Source of the DNA: Alphaproteobacteria bacterium
Lineage (GTDB): Bacteria; Pseudomonadota; Alphaproteobacteria; RF32; CAG-239
NCBI GenBank assembly: GCA_017935485.1
Contig: JAGBHO010000023.1
Span: forward strand, 7,952-71,951
DNA: 64,000 nucleotides
Direction of reading: 5' to 3'
In this document: positions 10,135-19,591 of the stretch, in pieces
Numbering within the stretch: position 1 is the stretch's first letter
Layout: the number at the start of each line of letters is the position of its first letter
Position numbers and translations under genes: made by a program
Notes under the pieces: generated by a model
The model's input: only the letters and a program-made list of their open reading frames with translations
Told to the model about the DNA's origin: nothing
The model's database searches: none

Positions 10135-10481
10135 AAAACAAAAAATTGTTTTCTCTTTTGGCGTCACGGTTGTCTGTCAGATTCTAAAATTTCAAACAGC
10201 CTTGTTACCATCTCAAAACAAAAATGCTGTTTTCAGATATTTTCCTGATTCTGAATTTTTCAAAACATCTTTGTTTCAAAATTTAACCGAAGCCTAACAC
10301 GAAAAAAAATAATTACAACAAAACAAAACAAGAACATTGCAATTAATTTTCTTGACAAGCAGATTCTGCAGAGTCGCGCAGATTCCTTGGCTTTTTGTAT
10401 AAAAAAACAGACCAGAAATTCCTCAAGCGGTTAACTCAAGGCGGATTCGGTCTGTTAAAATTCTTTCAAAAATAAGCTGAA

Positions 10482-10742
10482 TTAAAGAGCTTTAATTTTT
10501 TTGGAAAGACGGGAAATTGTGCGTGCAGCAGTGTTCATTTTCAAAACGCTTTTACGAACAGCTTTCATCAGTTCGGATTCTGCAACTTTGAAGTTTGCAA
10601 CGGCAACTTCTTTATTGTTTTCAGCAATAGCGGCTTCAACTTTTTTCACAAAAGTACGAACGCGGCTTCTGCGGGCACCGTTAATAACGTTTCTTTTATT
10701 ATTTCTGTTAATTCTGGTTTTTGCCGATTTATGATTGGCCAT
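10482..10742 (-). CDS. rpsT: 30S ribosomal protein S20
   Basis: MANHKSAKTRINRNNKRNVINGARRSRVRTFVKKVE; 86 aa and basic. Confidence 0.95.
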   Translation of the reverse strand: MANHKSAKTRINRNNKRNVINGARRSRVRTFVKKVEAAIAENNKEVAVANFKVAESELMKAVRKSVLKMNTAARTISRLSKKIKAL

Positions 10743-10846
10743 ATTTCTTATTCCTGTTTCAAATAAAGTTAACTACAAATTTTTTCAAATTTTGTAACAC
10801 TTATAAACTCTAAGCACCGCATAAGTCAATAATAATTTTGCAAAAT

Positions 10847-11617
10847 TTAGCGATTCCGGAAGTTTGGCGGCCTTTTTTCAATAAAAGCCTGCAAAGATTC
10901 GGCAAAATCCTGCGAAGAAAGGCAAATGCGGCTGTTTCTGGCATCATAACCGATTCCGTCGTCGAGTCCGGCATTTTGAGCATGATTAACGGAGTCTTTT
11001 GCCAGAACAACGGCCTCGGCCGGCATTGAGGCAATCTTTTCGGCCGTTATTCGGGCTTCTTCAAATAAATCGGGCAGCGGCACAATCCGGCTGACGAGTC
11101 CGGCGCGTTCAGCCTCTTCGGCGGTCATGGCGCGGCCGGTTAAAACCATTTCCATGGCTTTGGCTTTGCCGACGGCATGCGTCAGCATCGGGATTCCGCC
11201 AAATCCGGCAATACAGCCGAGTGTAATTTCCGGTTGTCCGAAACGGGCATTGTCCGCCGCCAGCAAAATGTCACAGGCCAAGGCAAGTTCACAGCCGATT
11301 CCCAGAGCATATCCGGCAATGGCGGCAATAATCGGCTTTTTGCATTTTCTGATTCTTTCAAAGGCCTGCGTATATTCGTCCAGAAAGCGCTGCTTCTCTT
11401 CTTTCCGGTCATTAATTTCGTTCAGATCGATTCCCGCGGCAAAAGCTTTGTCGCTTCCGCGCAGGATGATGGCGCCGATTCCCTCGTCCTGACCGTAAAG
11501 CTCAACCTGTGCGGCAATTTCTTTCAGCATATCCAGACAAACCGCATTCAACGCGGCCGGACGGTTAAGCGTGATTATGCCGGTATTGTTTTGTTCTTCA
11601 GCAATAATGTATTCCAT
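10847..11617 (-). CDS. Enoyl-CoA hydratase/isomerase (crotonase) family protein
   Basis: LNRPAALNA..., FAAGIDL and the oxyanion-hole region AAIAGYALGIGCELALACD; 256 aa. Confidence 0.88.
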   Translation of the reverse strand: MEYIIAEEQNNTGIITLNRPAALNAVCLDMLKEIAAQVELYGQDEGIGAIILRGSDKAFAAGIDLNEINDRKEEKQRFLDEYTQAFERIRKCKKPIIAAIAGYALGIGCELALACDILLAADNARFGQPEITLGCIAGFGGIPMLTHAVGKAKAMEMVLTGRAMTAEEAERAGLVSRIVPLPDLFEEARITAEKIASMPAEAVVLAKDSVNHAQNAGLDDGIGYDARNSRICLSSQDFAESLQAFIEKRPPNFRNR

Positions 11618-11624
11618 TTTTCAC

Positions 11625-11999
11625 CTAACTTTTGCTCTTGACTGTAATAAAAATACGCAGCGGCCGTGCGGATTCCCGAATGATTTCCAAAACTTCCCCT
11701 TCGCGGTAAAAACTGATTTTTGCAGCCGATTCTCCGGTGCATTTCCAACCAAGCTGGGGCAGGGTCTCGCGATAAAAGGTTTTTACTTTGCCGAAAGGCG
11801 TTTTGCCGGATGTCAGAACCGCTTCCACCAAACGGCTTTCTTCATTGCCGAAAGCAATGGCGTCATTTTTTTCCTGCGTCAGGCCTTCCATGACCGGCAC
11901 GTCTTCCAGCCCGTCAATAAAGGTCGCCGCTGTTGCCGGCGTTCCGTAACATAAAAGGCAAAAAACAAAAAAATATTTCAGCTTGTTTCGTATCGTCAT
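11625..11999 (-). CDS. Secreted hypothetical protein, 124 aa
   Basis: Signal peptide ...CLLCYGTPATAAT. It overlaps the mutM stop by 4 nt, consistent with an operon. Confidence 0.5.
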   Translation of the reverse strand: MTIRNKLKYFFVFCLLCYGTPATAATFIDGLEDVPVMEGLTQEKNDAIAFGNEESRLVEAVLTSGKTPFGKVKTFYRETLPQLGWKCTGESAAKISFYREGEVLEIIRESARPLRIFITVKSKS

Positions 12000-12835
12000 T
12001 TTTGTTTGCTTTCACAATAAAACGTTGATCTTCCCGTTTGAACGATTTTTTTAATCCCGCCCGTCTTTGACAAATTGCAGGTGCACCCGGGACAAGGCTG
12101 TCCTGCCTTGCCGTATACGCAGTGCATATTCTGAAAATATCCCAGACTGCCGTCTGGCCGTTTATAATCATGAATGGTTGAACCGCCGGCGGCAATGGCT
12201 TTTTTCAAAACTTCCCGTGTATTTTTTACTAAAATGCCTGCTTCTTTGCGGCTGATTTTGTCAGCCGGCCGCAACGGCGAAATTTCGGACATAAACAAAA
12301 TCTCTGAGGCATAAATATTGCCGATTCCGCAAATAATACCCTGATCAAGCAGTGCAGTCTTAATCGGGCTCTTTTTCTTTTGCAGCCGTGCAAAAAGATA
12401 TTCCCCGTCCAGCTCTTCGGCAAAAGGGTCAACGCCGGTATGCTTAAAAAGCGGATTCTGCCGGAGCTTTTCCGTTTCGCAATAAGTCAAAACCCCGAAA
12501 CGCCGCGTGTCATTATAGACAATCCAGCCGTTTGCCGTTTCAATAATGACATGGTCGTGTTTGTCAAATTGCGCCGGCCGTTCGTCGGAAATTTTGACTT
12601 TTCCGCTCATGCCCATATGCCAGATCAGGCTGAGGCCGTTGCTGAGATGAATTGCAATATATTTTGCAATTCTCTGATAATCAATGATTGCCGCGCCGCA
12701 GATTTTTCCGGCCAGCTCGTCGGGAATTTTTTGCCGAAGCCGGTTGTTGCGTACGTCAACACTGATTATATTAGTCTTGCCGATACCTTTGGCAAGAGCC
12801 TGCATAATCGTTTCGACTTCTGGTAATTCTGGCAT
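11996..12835 (-). CDS. mutM: Formamidopyrimidine-DNA glycosylase
   Basis: N-terminal MPELPEVETI, helix-two-turn-helix region and C-terminal zinc finger CPGCTC...FYCESKQK. Confidence 0.93.
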   Translation of the reverse strand: MPELPEVETIMQALAKGIGKTNIISVDVRNNRLRQKIPDELAGKICGAAIIDYQRIAKYIAIHLSNGLSLIWHMGMSGKVKISDERPAQFDKHDHVIIETANGWIVYNDTRRFGVLTYCETEKLRQNPLFKHTGVDPFAEELDGEYLFARLQKKKSPIKTALLDQGIICGIGNIYASEILFMSEISPLRPADKISRKEAGILVKNTREVLKKAIAAGGSTIHDYKRPDGSLGYFQNMHCVYGKAGQPCPGCTCNLSKTGGIKKIVQTGRSTFYCESKQK

Positions 12836-12874
12836 TTTAACCTCTTATTAATCCAAATTTGCGAGTATTATAAA

Positions 12875-13987
12875 ATGATAAATAAATTTTTACAATTCAT
12901 AAAAAAACAACGGTTAGCAATCCGTTTGGCTCGGTTTGACTGTTTGTTTGTCATTGCGGGGCTGCAAACCTTCAAATATGCTCTGCCGCTTGCCCGCCTT
13001 TTTCGCCGCCGTCTGAACGGAGACAATATTCAGCATTTGCATAACTTTTTGATTTTCAGTCAAAATCCGTTGCTCTTTGCTCTTTATGAAGAAGCAGCTT
13101 CACGGCAGGACATATTTGCCGCGCCGGTTTATGTTTTTCCGGTGTCGGACAAACGCTTTGCCGGAGATCTGCTGTATCGTCTGGCCGCCGATTCCGAGGA
13201 CAAAAAATTTTACCTCTCGCTGTTTCGGGAGATCGTCCGCCGCGACTATCCCGAATTGCGGGCGCAGTATAAAGTTTTTGAACGGCGTCTGGACGCGGTC
13301 TACGATATGCGTTTCCGCGCCTCGGAAATGGAACTCCTTTGCGAGGCTTCGGCCGGATTCTCGGGGTTTTGCCCTTATGAGGTAGACTGGCTGAAAACCA
13401 CCAAAAACAAGCTTTATCTTTGTTTTGACGTTCCGGCGCGTTCAAAGCGGATTCTTTCTGCCGCGGAACAGGAAAACCTGTCTCGGCTGTTTGCATATCT
13501 GTTTTTTGAAAAATCATTGTTTGTGTCTTATTGGCGCAGTCTGTGCACCGGTGACAATTCCCGCGTTTCGTTTTTGGATTTTGACGCTGTTTATCCCGTA
13601 ACGCCGGAACTCAAAAACTATTTGCTGAACTTTGTCGGCCGGCAGCAGAAACCGGCCCGTCCGGAAGAATACAAACTGCAGAGAGCCGTCATGGTTCTTC
13701 AGGATTTCTGCCCCGACATCAACGTTTTTGCCGCTTGGAGCGATTACCTGAATTTAACTGATTTTTCGTCCCGCGTTCATTCTGATAATGACAATCTGCT
13801 GGCACAACTCAAATCCGGCGGTTTGGACTTGGGGCAGTATCGGCCGGTAGAGCTTCGTTCACCGGAAGAACTGGCTTATCTGCTGGAAACGAAAGATCTG
13901 AAAAAAGGTGCGCAGTTCCGCAAATCCTCCGTTATCTATTGGGGGCCGATGGCTGTTTTGTTCTACGTCCTGCTGAATTATTTTTAG
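12875..13987 (+). CDS. Hypothetical protein, 370 aa, with a C-terminal hydrophobic tail
   Basis: Long ORF with protein-like composition. The antisense ORFs are Arg/Pro-rich shadows. No family recognised. Confidence 0.5.
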   Translation: MINKFLQFIKKQRLAIRLARFDCLFVIAGLQTFKYALPLARLFRRRLNGDNIQHLHNFLIFSQNPLLFALYEEAASRQDIFAAPVYVFPVSDKRFAGDLLYRLAADSEDKKFYLSLFREIVRRDYPELRAQYKVFERRLDAVYDMRFRASEMELLCEASAGFSGFCPYEVDWLKTTKNKLYLCFDVPARSKRILSAAEQENLSRLFAYLFFEKSLFVSYWRSLCTGDNSRVSFLDFDAVYPVTPELKNYLLNFVGRQQKPARPEEYKLQRAVMVLQDFCPDINVFAAWSDYLNLTDFSSRVHSDNDNLLAQLKSGGLDLGQYRPVELRSPEELAYLLETKDLKKGAQFRKSSVIYWGPMAVLFYVLLNYF

Positions 13988-14061
13988 CAAAATTTTCGTT
14001 GTTATCTTGGCGCTGATGGTATATAAACATCGTTTATGTAATCTGATAGTTTTTTAATGCC

Positions 14062-14625
14062 ATGATAAAAAAGACCAAAAGGACCAGAAAATACTTTGCG
14101 CCGCAAAATGAAGAAGGCACAACCCGCCGCTGCGATCATCCGGGCTGCGATAAATGCGGTGAATACCGCGCGCCCAAAGACCGCAGCCTTAAGGAGTATT
14201 ACTGGTTTTGTCTGGAACATGTGCAGGAATATAATGCCAAATGGAACTATTATGACGGGGAAGCCGATTCCGATTCCCAAAAAGAAGAGACAGAACGCAA
14301 ACGCCGTTTCAGCTTCAAAAACTTCGGCTCCCGCGTCAAATATAACTTTGGTTACGATTTTGCGGAATTTCCGGACGGGATGTTTGGTGAAAAATCTTTT
14401 GCCGGTTATGACGAAGAAGAAATTTATCTGAGCGAAGAAGAACGCAGGTATCTGAAAATATTGGAATTAAAAGCGCCGGAACTCAGTTTGGCGGCTTTGA
14501 AAAAGCAATATAAAAAACTGGTGAAAAAATATCATCCGGATATCAATCGGGAAGATAAAGACGCTGAAGAAAAGTTCAAACAGCTTTCTGCGGCTTACAA
14601 GCATTTTATGAAAAGATTATCTTAG
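14062..14625 (+). CDS. J-domain protein (C-terminal DnaJ domain, N-terminal Cys-rich region)
   Basis: C-terminal LKKQYKKLVKKYHPDINREDKDAEEKFKQLSAAYKHF carries the HPD motif. N-terminal CDHPGCDKCGEYRAPKDRSLKEYYWFCLEHVQEYN. Confidence 0.8.
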   Translation: MIKKTKRTRKYFAPQNEEGTTRRCDHPGCDKCGEYRAPKDRSLKEYYWFCLEHVQEYNAKWNYYDGEADSDSQKEETERKRRFSFKNFGSRVKYNFGYDFAEFPDGMFGEKSFAGYDEEEIYLSEEERRYLKILELKAPELSLAALKKQYKKLVKKYHPDINREDKDAEEKFKQLSAAYKHFMKRLS

Positions 14626-14691
14626 ATTTTTGGGGTTAAAAATCTTTTCCGTGTAAAAAATACGGAGTGTTTTTGCGGGAGTTTTCCCTTG

Positions 14692-14714
14692 CCGGAAAAA
14701 GCTTTCCGGTTTTT
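14692..14714 (+). terminator. Intrinsic terminator after the J-domain gene
   Basis: Stem ccggaaa-aagc-tttccgg followed by ttttt. Confidence 0.55.
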
Positions 14715-14720
14715 GGCAAA

Positions 14721-15566
14721 CTATTTTTGAATGTCGGACCAGCGGACGTTTTTCTTCATCTGTCCGGCAATCTCGGCTTCTTTCTTTTTGTCTTTGCCAA
14801 TTGTTTTTTGCGGATTCTTTATTGTCTTTCCCTTAATGTCAACGCGGCCGGTTTTTTTCAAAATAAGTTTGGCCGTTTCCTGAGCGGAACGCTTTTTTTC
14901 GCCGATATTGGCGACATCATCGACTTTCATGCCTTCCAGAGATTTCTCTCCGGCAAACATCCTCACCTGTTTTGCCCCGTTCAGGAGCTTGAGGGCTTTC
15001 TCGTCTTTGATCATTCTGCCCTTGAGTTTGAGCTTTTTTCTCAGATCTTCGTTAATCGCTTTGCTGGTAAAGTCCGTATTGACGGTCAACTCCTGAAAGT
15101 TTTGGGCCATAACCTTTTTATCAAGGCCTTTCATGCCGTTTTCTTTCATCAGCTGATTGGCCTGCAGCAAGGCGTTAATCTTGCCGGTCTCCTGATTCAG
15201 GCTCATCATGTTCTGCGTTTCCTGCCGGCGGATAATCTGCTTTTCCTCATCGGCAAGCGCCCCCATCAAAGAAGAATTTTCTTTGGTGTCATCAAAAGAA
15301 TGAAACATCTGAATATTGACGGAACTGTAATAGCTGTCCTCGTCTTCATCGTCTTCGTCATAAACGCTTTTGATTCTTTTTCTGATTTTGCTGATCCCGT
15401 TCGGAAGAGAAATATTTCCGGGAGTAAAACGCCGCAAACCGGAATTTTTGTCTTTTCGGCTTTCTGCAACAGCTTTGGCAACGTTGGTTTTAAGAGTAAG
15501 TTTTTCGTTGAAATCAAATCCTGTTTTTTTCCACTCTAAGTTGGAATTGGATGATTTGTCATTCAT
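14721..15566 (-). CDS. Lys/Glu-rich hydrophilic hypothetical protein, 281 aa
   Basis: A good SD (aaggggaaaaaaga) precedes the ATG. The opposite-strand ORF 14667..15539 is Phe/Leu-rich, as expected for the antisense of a Lys-rich gene. Confidence 0.6.
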   Translation of the reverse strand: MNDKSSNSNLEWKKTGFDFNEKLTLKTNVAKAVAESRKDKNSGLRRFTPGNISLPNGISKIRKRIKSVYDEDDEDEDSYYSSVNIQMFHSFDDTKENSSLMGALADEEKQIIRRQETQNMMSLNQETGKINALLQANQLMKENGMKGLDKKVMAQNFQELTVNTDFTSKAINEDLRKKLKLKGRMIKDEKALKLLNGAKQVRMFAGEKSLEGMKVDDVANIGEKKRSAQETAKLILKKTGRVDIKGKTIKNPQKTIGKDKKKEAEIAGQMKKNVRWSDIQK

Positions 15567-15688
15567 TCTTTTTTCCCCTTAATTTTTGTAGCTTTCACAA
15601 ATTGCTCCCCGCTACAGTTATATAAGTTGACACAAAAAACGTTTTCTGTCAACTTATTCTGCTCTTTTACGACAAATATTCAAAAAAA

Positions 15689-17368
15689 TTATAATTTTTG
15701 GTATGTAATCATAATAGAATCATCCGGAAGAGTTTTGGATAATACGGCAATATGTTCGCCGTCATCGCGGACAAGTTCTATTTTGGGCGTTGTGACGTCG
15801 ATAATATGCTCTAAAATGTCTTCTTTAAGCCGCTTCCAGTCCTCAGCCTGACTAAAGAAAGAGCGTTGCGACTCGATAAGCTCCGGAATCCCCGGTTTGT
15901 GTTTCAGGAAAGATTCCTCGACTTGCCATAATTTGATATAAGCTTCATTATAAAAATTTAAACGGCCGTCGGATGCAAAAATAACCACGGCGTCAAATAA
16001 ATTGTTCAGGCTTTCTTTCTGCACCAGCTTCAATAGATTATAGGCACGAGTCGTTGCCAGATTGTCGGAGACGTCCTCATAGGCAAAAACCAAACCTCCG
16101 AGCGGATTCGGAGAACGCACGCGCCGCAATGTCCTGCCGTCCGGCAAAAACAGATAATCGTTCAGCGGCTCGATGATTGAAGAAAAAGCCTTTTGTTCCG
16201 AGTCCTTAAAGGCACTGAGGTCGGTAACTTCCGGCAAAAGTTTTTTGTCATGCAGCATATCCAGAAACATGGTATAAGTCGGCTGTTGTTCAAGCCATTC
16301 CGGCGTCAGCTTCCAGAGTTCGCCGAACGCGCTGTTATAAGATGACAAAACAAATTTGTTGTCAAAAACCGCAAAAGCCTTGTCCAAAGCACCGAGAATT
16401 TCCAACTGTGTACTCTGGTGCGTTTTCAAATCCCTTTTCAGGGCATCAAGTTCGGTTCGGTCAATCAGGGCGCCGGCCGTGCAAATCTGGTTAAGGTCCT
16501 GTTCAAAATGAAAAGGCGTTTCATAAGCCTCCATGCAGAGTCGCTCGCCGTCTTTTATGACCGTTACCAAATGACTCTGCGGAGTATTTGTGCTGCGGGC
16601 ATCCTGAGCCAAAGCTTTGGAAATGCTTTCGCCCGTCACATTGTTGATTTCTATTCCCTCGCCCAAAACCTCGGCCTGATTGTTGACGTCAACAAAATTC
16701 ATGTATTTCTTATTAATGATTTCAAGCCCCAGAGATTCGTTTCTGAGCCAGACCGGATACGGAATGTTGTTGATAAGGTCTTCATATTTTCCGAGCTTGC
16801 GCAAAATGGTGTTTTTGTCCTGCTCCAGCTTGGCAATCCGGTTAATTTCAAAACTGATGTCGCGGAACCAGATCATGTCGCAATAGGTGTTGCCGTCCAG
16901 TCCGTTGATTTTGGAACCGGAAAGGCGCAGACGCTTGGGCGAATTTTTGAGCTCAAAGTCATCTTCAAAAGAAACGCCGTCTTCTTTGAGCATTTCAACA
17001 TATTTCACAATCTTTTTGGCATCGTCTTTATAAAAATTTTTTAAGATGTCTTCAAACGAGGCGTTGGTACCCTGCGGCATATTCATAATCACGGCCAGAC
17101 GGCGGGAACAATGTTCCACAATGTTCTTGCGCGGGTCATTGATCTTTTCGTCCGGATAGACAAAGGCAAAATAACCGTCTTTTGAGGCATAAAGCGTTTC
17201 TGCATAACGTTCGCGGTCACGGTTCAAAAAATAGTTGCGCTGCCGTGCTTTCAGTACCCGAATGCCCAAAACGCAAAGAGATGCAAACATTGCCAGAAAA
17301 ATCCCGCCCAGAACATACCAGAATTCCGGCGCCGCGTAAAACATGTCAATTAAAAGATTTTTATTCAT
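15689..17368 (-). CDS. Membrane-anchored multi-PAS sensor protein with no output domain in the ORF
   Basis: N-terminal TM helix, then several PAS-like modules (for example FDAVVIFASDGRLNFYNEAYIKLWQ and FAVFDNKFVLSSYNSAFGELWKL). No HisKA/HATPase motifs. The start is ATG 17368 or TTG 17380. Confidence 0.55.
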   Translation of the reverse strand: MNKNLLIDMFYAAPEFWYVLGGIFLAMFASLCVLGIRVLKARQRNYFLNRDRERYAETLYASKDGYFAFVYPDEKINDPRKNIVEHCSRRLAVIMNMPQGTNASFEDILKNFYKDDAKKIVKYVEMLKEDGVSFEDDFELKNSPKRLRLSGSKINGLDGNTYCDMIWFRDISFEINRIAKLEQDKNTILRKLGKYEDLINNIPYPVWLRNESLGLEIINKKYMNFVDVNNQAEVLGEGIEINNVTGESISKALAQDARSTNTPQSHLVTVIKDGERLCMEAYETPFHFEQDLNQICTAGALIDRTELDALKRDLKTHQSTQLEILGALDKAFAVFDNKFVLSSYNSAFGELWKLTPEWLEQQPTYTMFLDMLHDKKLLPEVTDLSAFKDSEQKAFSSIIEPLNDYLFLPDGRTLRRVRSPNPLGGLVFAYEDVSDNLATTRAYNLLKLVQKESLNNLFDAVVIFASDGRLNFYNEAYIKLWQVEESFLKHKPGIPELIESQRSFFSQAEDWKRLKEDILEHIIDVTTPKIELVRDDGEHIAVLSKTLPDDSIMITYQKL

Positions 17369-17454
17369 TTTTTCACACAAAAGTCATTGTTTCTTTTGCG
17401 ATTCTATAATATAAAATAACATTTGAGAAATGTAATTTTTTAGGAAGTGGAAAA

Positions 17455-18114
17455 ATGTATACTTTGGCTTTTGATACAACCGCGGCAGCTTGTTCCGTCA
17501 TCCTGCTTCGGGACGGAAAAACGCTTTCGCGCTGGTCGCGGACAATGGAGTTCGGACAGGCCGAAGTACTGATTCCGCAAATTAAAAATATTTTGGAAGA
17601 ACAAAAGCTCTCTTTTTCCGACTTGGGATTGTTGGCGGTTTGTACTGGCCCCGGTTCTTTTACCGGCGTCAGGGCGAGTATTTCCGCAGCCCGTGCATTC
17701 GGACTGGCTTGTCCTGAATTGCCGGTTGCCGGCGTTTCGGCTTTTGACGCTTATCTGCCGGAACTTTCCTGTGATGAAATTGCCGAAAAGAACCTTGTCG
17801 TGATTGAAACCAAGCGTGAAGATTTTTATTATCAGATTTTTGACGGCGGCCTCAAACGCCTGACCCCGCCGGCAGCCGGTACGCGGGAAGACATTCTGGC
17901 TCAGCTGAAAGGCGGCAGGAAGACAACGGTCATCGGTGACGGTACGGAACGGTTTTTAATGCAGCCGAGCGGACTGAGCCTGCATTGTGTTAAAATGTCT
18001 GGGGGAATAGACGTATATAACGTGGCTGCTTGTGCCCTGCAACAGTTTGATAATAAAAAGATCGACTTTCCCAAACCGGTCTATCTGCGTGCACCGGATG
18101 TTTGCGTAAAATAA
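17455..18114 (+). CDS. tsaB: tRNA t6A biosynthesis protein TsaB (YeaZ)
   Basis: MYTLAFDTTAAACSVILLRDGK... and VCTGPGSFTGVRASISAARAF; 219 aa. Confidence 0.85.
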   Translation: MYTLAFDTTAAACSVILLRDGKTLSRWSRTMEFGQAEVLIPQIKNILEEQKLSFSDLGLLAVCTGPGSFTGVRASISAARAFGLACPELPVAGVSAFDAYLPELSCDEIAEKNLVVIETKREDFYYQIFDGGLKRLTPPAAGTREDILAQLKGGRKTTVIGDGTERFLMQPSGLSLHCVKMSGGIDVYNVAACALQQFDNKKIDFPKPVYLRAPDVCVK

Positions 18115-18117
18115 AAA

Positions 18118-19491
18118 TCAGGCAAAGCTGTACTGTGCCAGTTTTTTGTTGTTCAAAACGGCAATAATTGTATCTTGCAGCTTTTCTTTCTGCTTATCTT
18201 CAATCAACCGGACAATCTCAATTTCCTGCCGGTCAAGGTTACGGTTGATGCCGATGGAATCATAATAGCCGCGGCTGCTGTTATAAAGCTTGGCAGCCTG
18301 CAGGCTGTCGCCCTGTTTGTAATAATATTGCGATAACATTTTGTTGGCATTGGCTGTCTGCCGCTCGTTAATGTCATTGTCGCTCAGGTTGAGCACATTG
18401 GTATAAGCCCAGATTGCTTTCGATTCGGCATCGCTTAACTGATACATGTCGCCGGCTCGGCTCCAGGCGTTGATGTTTTGCGGCGCCAGTTCGATTGCCA
18501 GCTCAAATGCGCCGGTTGCCAGATGAATGTCTGAAACCGCGGCAAGCGTTCCGAAAATCGTGGCATAGTTTGAAGTGACGGCAAAAATCTCGTTTCTCTT
18601 TTCGCCGTTCGGCAGAGCGGCCGCCGCTTCAATGTTATTGTCCATCAATGTTTCTATCAGTGCCAGAGCATAAGATGTATCGCCATTGGCCAAATGATAC
18701 AGGGCTTCTTCAACTTTCGGGAGTTTGTTTTTAGAAACCAGCTTGTCAAATTTTTTATTAATGCAAAGGGCAATAAAGTCTTTTACCGCATCAACCGTTT
18801 GCAAGATGTCGTCTTCGGAATTTTGGTTCATGTTGCGGTACATGATTGTCTGGGCGATTTTCAAGCCGTCAACATTGCGCCCGAGCATATCGACAATCAG
18901 TCCGAGAAGCTCGGAAAGCTGTTTTTTGCTTTGCTGATATTTAAGGTTTGCACTTATGTCGGCTTTTTCCGCCATGCTTTCCAAATTGGCCAGTTTGCCT
19001 TTTTTCCAGTCCAAATCCAGAATGTTGTCTTTTTTTTCTGCCGCAGCCTTAATTTCTTTGCGCTGTTTTTCCACAACCTGCTGCTTTTCTTCCGCCATCT
19101 TTTTTTCAAGTTCGGCACGGATTAATTCTTCCGCGGCTTTACGGCTGCGCTCATCTTCTTCCCGCTCTGCCTCTTCTTCAAACAGGTGCTCGTTTTCAAT
19201 GCTTTCGTCTTCGGCAGCCTGCTTTGCCGCCATGTTTTTTTCTTGTCTTCTTTTTTGCTGAGACTGGGCGGCAGCCTCGTTGGCAGCCAGTCCGAGGTAT
19301 TTTGCGATGACAATTGCCAGCCAGAACAAAAATAAGATTCCGCCGATAGCCATCATAACGACAGATAATAATTTTATGTTTGCGCTGTGGGAAAAATATT
19401 GGTTCAGCAAATCTTCAAAGCTGCTTAATTTAAGAGAGATAAAATGCGTTACATTGTCTAAAGAAAATGTATTTATTATCTGTTTTAGCAT
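18118..19491 (-). CDS. Membrane-anchored coiled-coil / TPR-like repeat protein
   Basis: One TM helix, an E/K-rich coiled coil and C-terminal TPR-like helices (AWSRAGDMYQL..., AIWAYTNVL..., QYYYKQGDSLQAAKLY). Confidence 0.55.
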   Translation of the reverse strand: MLKQIINTFSLDNVTHFISLKLSSFEDLLNQYFSHSANIKLLSVVMMAIGGILFLFWLAIVIAKYLGLAANEAAAQSQQKRRQEKNMAAKQAAEDESIENEHLFEEEAEREEDERSRKAAEELIRAELEKKMAEEKQQVVEKQRKEIKAAAEKKDNILDLDWKKGKLANLESMAEKADISANLKYQQSKKQLSELLGLIVDMLGRNVDGLKIAQTIMYRNMNQNSEDDILQTVDAVKDFIALCINKKFDKLVSKNKLPKVEEALYHLANGDTSYALALIETLMDNNIEAAAALPNGEKRNEIFAVTSNYATIFGTLAAVSDIHLATGAFELAIELAPQNINAWSRAGDMYQLSDAESKAIWAYTNVLNLSDNDINERQTANANKMLSQYYYKQGDSLQAAKLYNSSRGYYDSIGINRNLDRQEIEIVRLIEDKQKEKLQDTIIAVLNNKKLAQYSFA

Positions 19492-19591
19492 TTTTTATTT
19501 TACACCATTTACAAAATAAATTTTAGCTATTACTATCTGACACATAACACATTATATTAATAACGACAAAAAAACAACAAAATAAGTTAAA

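Noticed and set aside
9690-10280. The repeat array could be a CRISPR array or the chromosomal origin (DnaA-box cluster).
   Set aside because: The units are contiguous with no unique spacers and there are no cas genes, so it is not CRISPR. The best DnaA-box-like 9-mers (for example ttatctccg) match only about 6 of 9 consensus positions. In many Alphaproteobacteria oriC is not next to dnaA. I therefore do not call an origin.
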